A DNA stretch of 64,000 bases from Candidatus Tenderia electrophaga (GTDB taxonomy: Bacteria; Pseudomonadota; Gammaproteobacteria; Tenderiales; Tenderiaceae), in the NCBI GenBank assembly GCA_001447805.1, contig CP013099.1, positions 2,115,181 through 2,179,180 of the forward strand. Direction: 5' to 3'. The notes beneath the pieces were generated by a model that ran no database searches, was not told the origin of the DNA, and saw nothing but the letters and a program-made list of their open reading frames with translations. The position numbers and the translations under genes were made by a program. Below are positions 1-9,782 of the stretch, in pieces; the stretch's first letter is position 1, and the number at the start of each line of letters is the position of its first letter.

Positions 1-504
1 ATAGCCGGTGGCACGGATGCCCTGACGAAACAACCAGCCCTCGTAATCGAAACCGCCGGGATTCATAAAGCCGTGAGGCTGCTTCAGCCGCAGCAGCAAC
101 TGCCAAGCTTGACCGACCTCCAGGGGCTGGTCGCTACGATACCAATTCAGCCGCACCCGACGCGGCACCTCGGCCGCCTGGAGCGGCGGCGTGATGACAT
201 CGGTGATCCGGAACAGAAAGCGCTGGCCGTATTGGCGTTGTTCGGGCAGGGACTCAATCACCCCCTCCACGAGCAGATTCTGGCCCTGCCATTCAGACGC
301 CAGCTCGGTGGCCAGCAGGCTGTGCGCCTGCAGCAAGGCGATCAAAAACCCGTTCACCATCCAGAGGGGAATTTTGAGTGGTGCAACCAGGAAAGATAGT
401 GGTAGGCTTAACAACAAAAGACCGGCCCAGCGACCGTCCGGCACGTCAGGCAGTTGCTGAAACACCACAATACCGGCAAGAAATGCGATGGCTGCAAGGC
501 GCAT
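1..504 (-). CDS. comEC: DNA internalization-related competence protein ComEC/Rec2, N-terminal part (gene runs off window start)
   Basis: Reverse-strand translation from ATG at 504..502 reads MRLAAIAFLAGIVVFQQL... and reaches position 1 as ...PGGFDYEGWLFRQGIRATGY, the conserved ComEC N-terminal region. No stop before the window edge, so it is absent from the ORF track. Plus-strand ORFs 73..399 and 191..460 are its antisense shadows. Confidence 0.8.
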   Translation of the reverse strand, partial: MRLAAIAFLAGIVVFQQLPDVPDGRWAGLLLLSLPLSFLVAPLKIPLWMVNGFLIALLQAHSLLATELASEWQGQNLLVEGVIESLPEQRQYGQRFLFRITDVITPPLQAAEVPRRVRLNWYRSDQPLEVGQAWQLLLRLKQPHGFMNPGGFDYEGWLFRQGIRATGY

Positions 505-586
505 CTTTGACTTCTTATTTTTATCCTGAGCTATGAGTGACCACGATTTCCCGGCCGCGGGGCGAGCGTAAGCACATTACCCTATC

Positions 587-1120
587 ATGCCGCGCAAGCT
601 GATCAAACGCTATCTGCCCGATCATCGCAGATTCAGGGAACACAAACACCTGAAGCGCTTCGGCCGTCTGCTGCACGATCCCAATATCTGGCATCTGAAT
701 CGGCGCTCGGTGTCAGGGGCCTTTTTCGTCGGCCTGCTGTGTGCCTGGATACCGGTGCCCTTTCAAATGGTCATCGCCGCCGCCATCGCCATCGCCGCGC
801 GCGTCAATCTGCCCATCTCGGTCATCTTAGTGTGGATCACCAATCCACTGACCATGGCGCCCATGTTCTACTACGCTCACAAACTCGGGGCCTGGATACT
901 CGACAGCCCGCCGCATAAATTCAGCTTTGAGCTATCCTTCAATTGGTTTATGAGCGAGCTGGGGCATTTCTGGCAGCCGTTCCTGCTCGGCTGTTTGCTT
1001 ATCGGGCTGCTGTCCGCCCTGACGGGTTATGTGGCGGCACAAGTGGTCTGGCGCGTGCACATCTTCCAGTATATAAAAAAACGCAGCGCCCGCCGCCGGC
1101 AAGGTAAAGAGACCTCTTAG
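587..1120 (+). CDS. DUF2062 domain-containing membrane protein
   Basis: 177 aa with basic N-terminus and two TM segments. Typical small membrane protein found next to comEC/lolCDE in gammaproteobacteria. Confidence 0.7.
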   Translation: MPRKLIKRYLPDHRRFREHKHLKRFGRLLHDPNIWHLNRRSVSGAFFVGLLCAWIPVPFQMVIAAAIAIAARVNLPISVILVWITNPLTMAPMFYYAHKLGAWILDSPPHKFSFELSFNWFMSELGHFWQPFLLGCLLIGLLSALTGYVAAQVVWRVHIFQYIKKRSARRRQGKETS

Positions 1121-1797
1121 GCCGGCACCAGACGCCCCGCTTCCAAGCGCAACACCCGGTCCATCTTGCCGGCCAGAGAGAGATCATGGGTCACCACCAA
1201 AAAACTGGTACTCAACTCCCGGTTCAGGGACAGCATCAGGTCGTAAACCTGGGCGGCGGTATGCTGATCCAGATTGCCGGTGGGTTCGTCGGCCAAGACG
1301 CACTGAGGTTGGCTTATCAGGGCGCGCGCCACCGCGGCGCGTTGGCGCTCGCCACCGGACAATTCACCCGGCTTGTGCCGGGCGCGCGGCGCCAAGCCGA
1401 CCCGTTCCAGCATCTGCTGCGCCTGGGCGGCGGCGCGTTCGGGCCGATCGCCGCGGATCAGCAGCGGCATGGCCACATTCTCCAGGGCGGTAAATTCCGG
1501 CAACAAATGATGGAACTGATAGACAAAGCCCAAGCTGCGATTGCGCACTTCGCCGCGTTGGCGTTCGTTCATGCCGGTAAAATTCTGCCCCTTCAGATAG
1601 ACTTGACCGGCGCTGGGCAGATCCAGTCCGCCCAACACATGCAACAGCGTGCTTTTGCCGGACCCTGAGGCGCCGATGACGGCCAGGCGTTCACCCTTAC
1701 AGACCTTGAGATCGACGCCATTCAACACCTCGGCCGCCAGGCCGCCTTCAACGAAGCGCTTCACCAGGCCCTGGCAGGACAGAATCACCTCACTCAT
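1117..1797 (-). CDS. lolD: lipoprotein-releasing ABC transporter ATP-binding protein LolD
   Basis: Walker [13 protein letters not shown] signature LSGGERQR, Walker [11 protein letters not shown]. True start taken at internal Met ([15 protein letters not shown]) at 1797, overlapping the permease stop. The 49-aa upstream extension in the track ORF is rejected. Confidence 0.9.
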   Translation of the reverse strand: MSEVILSCQGLVKRFVEGGLAAEVLNGVDLKVCKGERLAVIGASGSGKSTLLHVLGGLDLPSAGQVYLKGQNFTGMNERQRGEVRNRSLGFVYQFHHLLPEFTALENVAMPLLIRGDRPERAAAQAQQMLERVGLAPRARHKPGELSGGERQRAAVARALISQPQCVLADEPTGNLDQHTAAQVYDLMLSLNRELSTSFLVVTHDLSLAGKMDRVLRLEAGRLVPA

Positions 1798-3037
1798 AGC
1801 GCAGCGCCTCCGCCGGCTGGGTGCGCGAGGCGCGCCAGGCGGGATACACAGTGGCCGCCAGGCACAGCACAAACGCCACCACGCTGATGGTGACGATGTC
1901 TGCGCCGCGCATCTCCGAGGGCAGATCGCTGATGTAGTAGACATCGGGCGACAGGAATTTCATGCCCAGGGCCCGTTCGATGGCCGGTACGATCACCTCC
2001 ACGTTGGAGGCCAGGGCGACACCGCCCGCCACCCCCAGCAGCGTACCGAACAAGCCGATCACCACCCCCTGGACGATGAAGATGCGCATAATCGCGCCGG
2101 GGCTGATGCCCAAGGTGCGCAGGATGGCGATATCGGCCTTCTTATCGGTGACGACCATCACCAGGGTGGAGACGATATTGAAGGCGGCCACCGCCACGAT
2201 CAGAGTCAAAATCACAAACATCACAATCTTCTCGGTCTTCACCGCGCGAAAGAAATTGACGTGTTGACGGGTCCAGTCGGTGATCACAAAACCGTGCGGC
2301 AAATCCTGCACCATGAGCTGGGTCAGGTAGGGGGCCTCGAACATGTCGTCGAGCTTGAGCCGCACGCCGCTGACCTGGCCCGGCTGCAGGAACAGCTTGG
2401 CGGCGTCCTCGATATGAATCAGGGCCAGGGCGCTGTCGAATTCATACATGCCGGCCTCGAATACCCCGGCCACGCTAAAGCGTTTCAAGCGCGGCATAAT
2501 GCCGATGGGCGTGACACTGGCCTGGGGCGTCACCAAGGTCACCTTGTCGCCCACCCTGACCCCCAGTTGGCGCGCCAGCTCCTGCCCCAGAATGATGTTG
2601 AACGCACCGGCCTTAAGGTCACTCAGGGCGCCGGCCACCATGGTCTGATCGAGGGTGGATACCTGCGGTTCCAATGTCGGTGCGACACCGCGAATGATTG
2701 AACCACTGACCCCGGCGCCGGCGGTCAGCATCCCTTCGCCGCGCACGAAAGGCGCCATGCCCTGGATCTGGGGATAGCGCTGCAGATACGGATCCAGACG
2801 CTGCCAGCGCTCCAGGCCGTCGCTGGCGCTGCTCACCACCATGTGCGAGGCCACGCCCAGGATACGCGTGCGCAGCTCCTGCTCGAAACCGTTCATCACC
2901 GACAGCACGGTGATCAGCGCCGTCACCCCCAGGGCGATCCCGGCGATGGAGATGAATGAGATAAAGGAAATAAAGTGGTTGCGCCGTTTGGCACGGGTGT
3001 AGCGCAGACCGATAAACAGTTCCAGGGGTTTAAACAT
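1790..3037 (-). CDS. lipoprotein-releasing ABC transporter permease (LolC/LolE family; single permease)
   Basis: 415 aa with MacB-like periplasmic domain and FtsX-type 4-TM topology. Immediately upstream of lolD on the same strand. Confidence 0.9.
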   Translation of the reverse strand: MFKPLELFIGLRYTRAKRRNHFISFISFISIAGIALGVTALITVLSVMNGFEQELRTRILGVASHMVVSSASDGLERWQRLDPYLQRYPQIQGMAPFVRGEGMLTAGAGVSGSIIRGVAPTLEPQVSTLDQTMVAGALSDLKAGAFNIILGQELARQLGVRVGDKVTLVTPQASVTPIGIMPRLKRFSVAGVFEAGMYEFDSALALIHIEDAAKLFLQPGQVSGVRLKLDDMFEAPYLTQLMVQDLPHGFVITDWTRQHVNFFRAVKTEKIVMFVILTLIVAVAAFNIVSTLVMVVTDKKADIAILRTLGISPGAIMRIFIVQGVVIGLFGTLLGVAGGVALASNVEVIVPAIERALGMKFLSPDVYYISDLPSEMRGADIVTISVVAFVLCLAATVYPAWRASRTQPAEALRYE

Positions 3038-3040
3038 CGC

Positions 3041-3718
3041 TTAAGATAAATTTTCGGGTTGGAGTGCCGCCGGACATTGTCGCCTTAAACAGCATTCACT
3101 ACAACGGGCACGTTTGCGGCAGATATCCTTGGCGTGAATCACGATCAAGGCATGATACTCGTTGTACATCTGCACCTGTTGCGCGCGCGTCTTGATGCGG
3201 CGACTCAGGTTGGACTCGAATAGATGACGCAGGGTTTCATAGGCCTCGTCGCCGTCGATCAGCCCTAGGCGCGCAAACAGGCGGCGGGTATAGGCATCGA
3301 TAACGAACACCGGGCGATCAAAGGCATACAGCATCATGTCATCGGCGGTCTCAAATCCGACCCCGTTCACCGACAGCAGGCCGCGACGCAGTTCATCATC
3401 ATCCCATTCTCGAATGACCTTCTCGCCGCCCTGCTGTTGCAACCAGCGACAAAAATTCTGCAGGCGCTTGGCCTTGACGTTGAAATAGCCCGCCGGTTTG
3501 ATCAAGCGGGCAAGCTGTGCGGCGGGCATGGCGGCGATCTTGTTCAATGACAAGGCGCGGCCGTGCTTGAGATGGGCGATGGCCTTTTCTACATTGATCC
3601 AGGCGGTGTTCTGGGTCAGCACTGCGCCCACCATGATCTCGAACGGCGTATCACCCGGCCACCAGGATTGGGGGCCGTAGTGTTTGTACAGGCTGCGATA
3701 GACCGACAGAAACGTCAT
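3041..3718 (-). CDS. endonuclease III-like HhH-GPD family protein with C-terminal 4Fe-4S Cys cluster
   Basis: 225 aa with HhH-GPD-like core and C-X6-C-X2-C-X5-C near the C-terminus (CRKRARCSECCLRRQC). 4-nt overlap with rluB. Confidence 0.75.
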   Translation of the reverse strand: MTFLSVYRSLYKHYGPQSWWPGDTPFEIMVGAVLTQNTAWINVEKAIAHLKHGRALSLNKIAAMPAAQLARLIKPAGYFNVKAKRLQNFCRWLQQQGGEKVIREWDDDELRRGLLSVNGVGFETADDMMLYAFDRPVFVIDAYTRRLFARLGLIDGDEAYETLRHLFESNLSRRIKTRAQQVQMYNEYHALIVIHAKDICRKRARCSECCLRRQCPAALQPENLS

Positions 3719-4557
3719 TTACGCTTTTTGTAGACCGACTGCCTCGCCCTGACCGGCTTTTTGTGTGGCTTGCCCGCTTTGCGCCGGGCGGGCTTTTCGT
3801 CGCGGGCCAGTTGCTCCAGCGGGGTCAGGCCGACACTGTGGCGCAGCAATTCTATATCAGCGCGTGTCAACTCGTCCCATTCGCCCGATTTGAGACCGCG
3901 GCGCAGCGCAATCGGCCCATAGCGCACCCGCGACAGGCGGCTCACCCGCACCCCTTGGGATTCCCACAGGCGGCGCACCTCGCGGTTACGGCCTTCATTG
4001 AGGGTGACGTGGTACCAATGGTTGGCGCCCTGGCCGCCGGCATCGCGGATACTGTTGAAATGGGCCGGGCCGTCTTCCAACTCCACGCCCTGGCGCAGTT
4101 GGCGCAGCATGGCCTCATCCACCGGGCCCAGCACCCGCACGGCGTATTCACGCTCCAGTTCATGGGACGGATGCATCAGGCGGTTGGCCAGCTCACCGTC
4201 GGTGGTCAGCAAAATCAGACCGCTGGTGTTGATATCCAAGCGCCCCACGGTGATCCAACGGCCGCTGCGCAGACGCGGCAGACGGTCGAATATGGTGGGC
4301 CGCCCGTCCGGATCGGAACGGGTGCAGACTTCGCCTTCGGGCTTGTGATAGGCCAATACGCGGTGTTTGGTCGCCGGCCGTCGTTCGAGTCGAATCACCT
4401 TGCCGTCGACGCGCACGGTATCGCTCAATTCGGCCTTGTCGCCGAGGGAGATCACATTGCCGTTGACGCTGACACGGCCGGCCTCGATCAGACGTTCGGC
4501 CTCGCGCCGCGAGGCGATGCCGGCCGCGGCCAGAAGTTTTTGGATACGTTCTGCCAC
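3715..4557 (-). CDS. rluB: 23S rRNA pseudouridine synthase RluB
   Basis: S4 domain N-terminus, RluB/RsuA catalytic core (GRLD..SGL), lysine/arginine-rich C-terminal tail. Confidence 0.9.
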   Translation of the reverse strand: MAERIQKLLAAAGIASRREAERLIEAGRVSVNGNVISLGDKAELSDTVRVDGKVIRLERRPATKHRVLAYHKPEGEVCTRSDPDGRPTIFDRLPRLRSGRWITVGRLDINTSGLILLTTDGELANRLMHPSHELEREYAVRVLGPVDEAMLRQLRQGVELEDGPAHFNSIRDAGGQGANHWYHVTLNEGRNREVRRLWESQGVRVSRLSRVRYGPIALRRGLKSGEWDELTRADIELLRHSVGLTPLEQLARDEKPARRKAGKPHKKPVRARQSVYKKRK

Positions 4558-4565
4558 GATTAGGA

Positions 4566-5381
4566 TTAATAGGCGGCTTCGGTTTTGGAGCGGGCGTCGC
4601 TGTCGGAGCCGTCATCCTCCGCCTCGGCCTGCGCCTGCTCGTCACGCGTTTCAGGCGGCTGATCCTCGGCCTGCGCTGCGTCGGTCTCGACGTCGGCCGT
4701 GTCCCGCTCGGCAGGATGTTCATCCGCGTCCGCCAAGGCCACCGGCTGCACTTGATCCGTATCGCTCCCCGCGTCATTCGCGGCGTGATCACCCGCGTCA
4801 TCTTGCGCCTGTTCGCCGAAATCGAATTCGCGCTCGATGCTGTCGATGCTGCGCAATTCGGCCAGGGGGGGCAGATCGCTCAGACTCTTGAGATTGAAAT
4901 AATCGAGAAAGCCCTTGGTCGTCCCGTACAGCGCCGGCTTGCCGGGCACGTCGCGATGACCGATGACACGAATCCATTCGCGCTCCAGGAGGGACTTGAT
5001 GATATTGCTGCTCACCGTCACGCCGCGCACATCCTCGATCTCGCTGCGGGTGATCGGCTGGCGGTAGGCGATCAGCGCCAGGGTTTCCAGGGTGGCGCGC
5101 GAGTATTTCGACGGCCGCTCTTCCCACAGGCGCGCGATCCAGGGCGCCAGGGCGACCTTGACCTGGTAGCGAAAGCCGCTGCTCACCTCCTTCAACTCCA
5201 CACCGCGCTCGCCACATTCTTCCTGCAGTTGCGCAATGGCGCTGCGGATCTCCTCGCGGCTGGGCTGGCCCTCGTCCAGGAACAGGCTCAGGATCTGATC
5301 GATACTCAGGGGCCGGCCGGCGGCCAGCAGCGCGCCTTCGATGATCTGTTTCAGTTTGTCAGGATTCGTGTGCATGGACAT
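4566..5381 (-). CDS. scpB: SMC-Scp complex subunit ScpB (segregation and condensation protein B) with long acidic C-terminal tail
   Basis: Two winged-helix ScpB domains in the first ~190 aa, followed by an ~80-aa D/E/A/Q-rich low-complexity tail. Confidence 0.9.
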   Translation of the reverse strand: MSMHTNPDKLKQIIEGALLAAGRPLSIDQILSLFLDEGQPSREEIRSAIAQLQEECGERGVELKEVSSGFRYQVKVALAPWIARLWEERPSKYSRATLETLALIAYRQPITRSEIEDVRGVTVSSNIIKSLLEREWIRVIGHRDVPGKPALYGTTKGFLDYFNLKSLSDLPPLAELRSIDSIEREFDFGEQAQDDAGDHAANDAGSDTDQVQPVALADADEHPAERDTADVETDAAQAEDQPPETRDEQAQAEAEDDGSDSDARSKTEAAY

Positions 5382-6228
5382 TCTGATGCGCCTTTACGTA
5401 GATAGGTCCGAAGGGTTCGGTCTGAATCATTTCGATCAGACTCTCCTTGATCAATTCGAGCACGGCCAGCAGGGTCACCACCACCCCCATGCGTCCTTCC
5501 TGGACCTTAAACAATTTACTGAACTCGATAAAGCTGTCGGGATTGATCATGTCCAACACCCCGGTCATGCGCTCACGCACCGACAGGGCCTCACGCTGGA
5601 TGTGATGGGAGGAAAACATGTCGGCGCGCCGCAGCACGTCCTGAAAGGCCAGCAACACCTCTTTCAACTCCACCTCGGGCACCGGCTTGACCACCTTCAG
5701 ATCGGGCGCCTCGGCGCTGCTCTCGAACACATCGCGGCCGAGGCGCGGCAGCTCGTCCATATCCTCGGCGGCCCGTTTATAGCGTTCGTATTCCTGCAGC
5801 CGGCGCACCAGTTCGGCACGCGGGTCTTCCTCGTCTTCCTCGGCAGCCGCGGGACGCGGCAGCAGCATGCGCGACTTGATTTCGGCCAGCATGGCGGCCA
5901 TCACCAGGTACTCGGCGGCCAGCTCGAAACGCATATCCTGCATCATGTCGATATAGCTCATGTACTGGCGCGTGATCTCGGCAATGGGGATATCCAGGAC
6001 GTCCAGGTTCTGACGCCGGATCATGTATAACAACAGGTCCAAGGGGCCTTCAAAGGCTTCCAGGAACACCTCCAGCGCGTCGGGGGGAATATAGAGATCC
6101 CGGGGCAGCTGGGTCAGGGCCTCGCCGTGGATCAGGGCGAAGGGAATCTCCTGCTGCAGGGCCGTTTCGGCGGGCGCATCATGCTCGCCGTGACCGGCCG
6201 CTGCTGCGCTGTCGTGTGTCTCGCTCAT
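5359..6228 (-). CDS. scpA: segregation and condensation protein A (ScpA, kleisin)
   Basis: ScpA family sequence (LEAFEGPLDLLLYMIRRQNLDVLDIPIAEIT...). Start set at Met (MSETHD) at 6228 giving ATGA overlap with the trpS stop. The upstream 71-aa extension lies inside trpS and is rejected. Confidence 0.85.
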   Translation of the reverse strand: MSETHDSAAAAGHGEHDAPAETALQQEIPFALIHGEALTQLPRDLYIPPDALEVFLEAFEGPLDLLLYMIRRQNLDVLDIPIAEITRQYMSYIDMMQDMRFELAAEYLVMAAMLAEIKSRMLLPRPAAAEEDEEDPRAELVRRLQEYERYKRAAEDMDELPRLGRDVFESSAEAPDLKVVKPVPEVELKEVLLAFQDVLRRADMFSSHHIQREALSVRERMTGVLDMINPDSFIEFSKLFKVQEGRMGVVVTLLAVLELIKESLIEMIQTEPFGPIYVKAHQNVHAHES

Positions 6229-7442
6229 CGATACTCCAGGCCCATGGATTGACGCACCTCTTCCAACGTCTTGCGCGCCACTTCCCTGGCCTGTTCGGTT
6301 CCCTCGTTGACGACCTTGCGCACAAGGTTGGGGTTGTTGACGAATTCCTCGGCGCGCTCGCGCATGGGCGCTTGCTCCCGGATCACCTGATCGATCACTG
6401 GCTGCTTGCATTCCAGACAGCCGATGCCGGCGCTGCGACACCCCTCCTGCACCCAGGCCTTCACGTCATCCGTGGAATAGACCTGGTGCAACTGCCACAC
6501 CGGGCATTTATCCGGATCGCCCGGATCAGTACGCCGCACCCGCGCCGGATCAGTGGGCATGGTGCGCAGCTTCTTCTCCACCTCGGCCGGGTCTTCGCGC
6601 AGGGCGATGGTATTGCCGTAGGACTTAGACATCTTTTGCCCGTCCAGACCGGGCATCTTGGAGGCCTGGGTCAGCAGCGGCTGCGGCTCGGGCAGGATTA
6701 TTCTACCCCCTCCCTCCAGATATCCAAACAGCCGCTCCTTGTCACTGAGGGTGATATTCTGTTGCGCCTCCAGCAGGGCGCGCGCCGTCTGCAGCGCCTC
6801 ATCATCACCTTTTTCCTGAAATTTCTTCCTCAACTCATCGTAAAGCTTGGCGTTTTTCTTGCCCATTTTTTTGACCGCCGCCGCCGCCTTATCTTCAAAG
6901 CCGGGCTCACGGCCGTACAGATGATTGAAGCGCCGCGCCACTTCGCGGGTGAGTTCCACATGGGCCACTTGGTCTTCCCCCACCGGCACCAGTCCGGCCT
7001 TATAGATGAGGATGTCGGCGCTTTGCAGCAGCGGGTAGCCGAGAAAGCCGTAGGTGGCCAGGTCTTTCTCCTTCAACCGCTCCTGCTGGTCCTTATAGGT
7101 GGGCACGCGTTCCAGCCAGCCGAGCGGCGCCATCATGCCCAACAATAGGTGCAACTCGGCGTGTTCCGGCACCCGTGATTGAATGAAGATCTTGGCCGAG
7201 CCCGGATTGACACCGGCGGCCAGCCAGTCGATCACCATTTCCCAGACATTGTTGGCGATGATGGCGGTATTTTCGTACTCCGTGGTCAGGGCATGCCAAT
7301 CGGCCACGAAGAAGAAGCAGTCGTACTCGTGCTGCAGCTGAACCCAGTTTTTGAGCACGCCGTGATAGTGCCCCAGATGCAGCTTGCCGGTGGGACGCAT
7401 GCCGGACAGGACACGCTGCTGTTGGTTTGGAACCGTATTCAA
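6225..7442 (-). CDS. trpS: tryptophan--tRNA ligase (long form with insertion before KMSKS)
   Basis: HLGH-type motif (GKLHLGHYHG), KMSKS at C-terminal half, 405 aa class I aaRS. Confidence 0.92.
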   Translation of the reverse strand: MNTVPNQQQRVLSGMRPTGKLHLGHYHGVLKNWVQLQHEYDCFFFVADWHALTTEYENTAIIANNVWEMVIDWLAAGVNPGSAKIFIQSRVPEHAELHLLLGMMAPLGWLERVPTYKDQQERLKEKDLATYGFLGYPLLQSADILIYKAGLVPVGEDQVAHVELTREVARRFNHLYGREPGFEDKAAAAVKKMGKKNAKLYDELRKKFQEKGDDEALQTARALLEAQQNITLSDKERLFGYLEGGGRIILPEPQPLLTQASKMPGLDGQKMSKSYGNTIALREDPAEVEKKLRTMPTDPARVRRTDPGDPDKCPVWQLHQVYSTDDVKAWVQEGCRSAGIGCLECKQPVIDQVIREQAPMRERAEEFVNNPNLVRKVVNEGTEQAREVARKTLEEVRQSMGLEYR

Positions 7443-7469
7443 ATCACTCCCTTCCTTACCCTGGTCTAT

Positions 7470-8126
7470 TTATAAGGCCAACACACTATACAACAGCTGC
7501 ATCACACCCTGAACCACGGGCCATAGCAGACCACCCAGCAGACCGGTGAACAGCAATACCAGCAGAATCACAATGCCATAGGGTTCGATACGTGAATATT
7601 TGTAGGCCAGCGGCCCGGGCAACAGGCCGGCCAGCACGCGGCCGCCGTCCAGCGGCGGCAATGGTAACAAATTTAACACCATCAGAATGATGTTAATCAG
7701 AATACCGGCGCTGCCCATGTAGATCATGGGCAGGCCGAGGAACGGCACCTGATCCGCCAGCAGATAGCCGAGCTTGGCCACCACGCCCCAGCCGATGGCC
7801 ATGAGCAGATTGGAACTCGGACCGGCCAAGGCCACCAGCGCCATGTCACGCTTGGGATTACGCAGATTCTGCCACGTGACCGGCACCGGTTTGGCCCAGC
7901 CGAAGATGAAATTACCGGGCAGCAGCACGAATATCAGCGGCACCAGCACCGTGCCGATGGGATCGATGTGCTTGAGCGGGTTGAGGGTCAGACGCCCCAT
8001 CATTTCGGCCGTCGGGTCACCCAGGCGACGCGCCACCCAACCGTGGGAGACCTCGTGAACGGTGATGGCGAACAGCACCGGCAGGGCCCAGGCGGCGATC
8101 TCCTGCACTAAATTCAATTGCAACAT
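7470..8126 (-). CDS. site-2 protease family (M50) membrane metalloprotease
   Basis: HEVSHG (HExxH) in first TM, multi-TM, LDGG motif, 218 aa. Confidence 0.85.
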   Translation of the reverse strand: MLQLNLVQEIAAWALPVLFAITVHEVSHGWVARRLGDPTAEMMGRLTLNPLKHIDPIGTVLVPLIFVLLPGNFIFGWAKPVPVTWQNLRNPKRDMALVALAGPSSNLLMAIGWGVVAKLGYLLADQVPFLGLPMIYMGSAGILINIILMVLNLLPLPPLDGGRVLAGLLPGPLAYKYSRIEPYGIVILLVLLFTGLLGGLLWPVVQGVMQLLYSVLAL

Positions 8127-8148
8127 CGCAGCAGTATACCCCTTTCCG

Positions 8149-8178
8149 ACATAATGATAATTATTCGAATAATATTAT
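8149..8178. promoter_or_regulatory. Fur-box-like AT-rich palindromic sequence in promoter region of the M50 protease gene
   Basis: ATAATGATAATTATTCGAATAATATTATT; the first 19 nt match the Fur consensus GATAATGATAATCATTATC at about 15/19, 20–50 nt upstream of the start at 8126. Sequence similarity only. Confidence 0.3.
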
Positions 8179-8214
8179 TGCCTTACAATATTTATATGAC
8201 TCACTACTTTAAGG

Positions 8215-8835
8215 CTATAGCACAAGCTCGTCGGCCCCCTTGCCGCGCCGCACCACCTCCGGCGTCTCGTCCAGCAACTCGATCACCGTGGTGGGTTCCA
8301 GACCGCAGTAGCCGCCGTCGATGATCAGGTCCACCTGGTGACCGACCGTATCGCGCATGTCATAGGGATCGATCATGGGAAATTCATCGCCGGGCAGGAT
8401 CATGGTCGAACTCAGGATCGGCTCGCCCAGCGCGTCCAGCAGCGCCAGGGCGATGGCATTGTCGGGCATGCGCACGCCGATGGTCTTGCGCTTGGGGTGC
8501 AGCAGGCGTTTGGGCACGACCTTCATGGCCGGCAGCACGAAGGTGTAAGGGCCGGGGGTAAGCCCTTTGATGAAGCGATAGGCGATGTTGTCGATCTGGG
8601 CATAATCGGACATCTCGGACAAATCACGACACATCAGGGTGAAATTGTGTTTGTCATCCAAGCTGCGGATGCGGCGAATGCGCTCCACCGCCTTTTTGTC
8701 GCCGATCTGACAGCCGAAGGCATAACAGGAATCGGTAGGATAGATCACCACCCCGCCCTGGCGGATGATCTCCACCGCGCCCCGGATCAGGCGCTGTTGC
8801 GGCGTTTCCGGATGAATCTGGAAAAACTGGCTCAT
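8215..8835 (-). CDS. yciO: L-threonylcarbamoyladenylate synthase-like protein, Sua5/YciO/YrdC family
   Basis: YrdC-fold sequence. Start taken at MSQFFQIHPE (8835), 5 nt from trpH stop; upstream 45-aa extension rejected. Conserved trpH–yciO synteny. Confidence 0.85.
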   Translation of the reverse strand: MSQFFQIHPETPQQRLIRGAVEIIRQGGVVIYPTDSCYAFGCQIGDKKAVERIRRIRSLDDKHNFTLMCRDLSEMSDYAQIDNIAYRFIKGLTPGPYTFVLPAMKVVPKRLLHPKRKTIGVRMPDNAIALALLDALGEPILSSTMILPGDEFPMIDPYDMRDTVGHQVDLIIDGGYCGLEPTTVIELLDETPEVVRRGKGADELVL

Positions 8836-8839
8836 GCGT

Positions 8840-9709
8840 TCATTCCCACAAGCGCCAGACGGGTTCGCAGCCCTGCGGCAGGGGCGGCAAGCGGCCCATG
8901 TGGCGCCAGGTTTGACTGGGGCCGTGATAATCGGACCCCAAGGAGGCATGCAGTTCATAGCGGCGCACATAATCGGCCAGGTTGCGGGTCATGTTGATGT
9001 CCTGGCTGCCCGAGATCACCTCCAGCGCCCGTCCCCCCACGGCCTTGAACGCCTCGATCAGGCGCCGCAGTTTGGTGGCGGACAGCTTATAGCGGCCGGG
9101 ATGGGCGATGACCGCCTCACCGCCGGCGGCGGTAATCCACTGCACCGCCGTCTCCAGACTGGTCCATTCGGTCTTCACATAGGCGGGCTTGCCGGTGCCG
9201 AGATAACGGTCGAAGGCCTCCTGCAGGGTCTTGACGCGGCCGCAGGCATGCAGATGGCGGGCGAAGTGGGTCCGGCTCAGGATCTGGCCGTTGGCATAGC
9301 ACCTGGCCCCTTCCAGACTGCCGTCGAAGCCGAGCTTGTCCAAACGCCGCGCCATCTCGGTGGCGCGGGCCTCGCGCTGTCGCCGCAGTCCCGCCAGGCC
9401 TTGTTGCAGAGTGACATTTGCGACATCGAAATTCAGTCCGACGATGTGCAACAGATACGTGTCCCAAGTGACCGAGATTTCGACACCGCTGACAAAACCC
9501 AAGCCATGCGCGCGCGCCGCGCCGGCCGCCTCGGCGAGGCCGTCGGTAACATCATGGTCGGTGAGCGCCAACACCTCCACCCCGTTTTGCACGGCGTATT
9601 CCACCAGCGCCGTCGGCGAGAGTTCGCCGTCGGAGGCGGTGGAATGACAGTGCAGATCATATTTCGTGTATCTATCCGTTCCCATGAATCTCGCGGCATG
9701 CCTCGACAA
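8840..9709 (-). CDS. trpH: PHP-domain 3',5'-nucleoside bisphosphate phosphatase (TrpH/YciV family)
   Basis: PHP motifs (DLHCHSTASDG, LALTDHD). Alternative start at 9685 (MGTDRY...) is equally plausible; neither has a strong SD. Confidence 0.85.
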   Translation of the reverse strand: MSRHAARFMGTDRYTKYDLHCHSTASDGELSPTALVEYAVQNGVEVLALTDHDVTDGLAEAAGAARAHGLGFVSGVEISVTWDTYLLHIVGLNFDVANVTLQQGLAGLRRQREARATEMARRLDKLGFDGSLEGARCYANGQILSRTHFARHLHACGRVKTLQEAFDRYLGTGKPAYVKTEWTSLETAVQWITAAGGEAVIAHPGRYKLSATKLRRLIEAFKAVGGRALEVISGSQDINMTRNLADYVRRYELHASLGSDYHGPSQTWRHMGRLPPLPQGCEPVWRLWE

Positions 9710-9782
9710 AGCGGCCTATGATAGAATCTTTGACCTCATTTAGCGAGACCCCTTACTGCCCCCTTGAGATGTTGAGGACTTC

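Noticed and set aside
73-460. Plus-strand ORFs 73..399 and 191..460
   Set aside because: Antisense to the clearly homologous comEC N-terminal coding region; Gly/Arg/Pro-rich composition typical of high-GC shadow frames.
1798-1944. N-terminal extensions of track ORFs (LolD 1798..1944; ScpA 6229..6441; YciO 8836..8970; MgtE 15250..15393; YkoF-like 28014..28094; GDPD 34567..34689; DLH 43112..43225; IlvI 52173..52238; MIF 52317..52412; DLH2 53504..53569; YbbA 58025..58081; TesA 57828..58145; BI-1 60262..60294; PAS-GGDEF-HD-GYP 62295..62369)
   Set aside because: Homology and/or SD sequences support downstream internal starts. The extensions overlap upstream genes or are low-complexity.
1186-2701. 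ORFs 1186..1668 (+), 1649..2701 (+), 1962..2267 (+), 2448..2648 (+)
   Set aside because: Antisense or out-of-frame shadows within lolD/lolC-E; no homology signal, low-complexity Arg/Gly/His-rich translations.
3763-5405. Plus-strand ORFs 3763..4563, 3998..4348, 4367..4891, 4716..5405 and minus ORFs 4193..4801, 4798..5217
   Set aside because: Overlap rluB/scpB in other frames or antisense; no domain signals; product of high GC.
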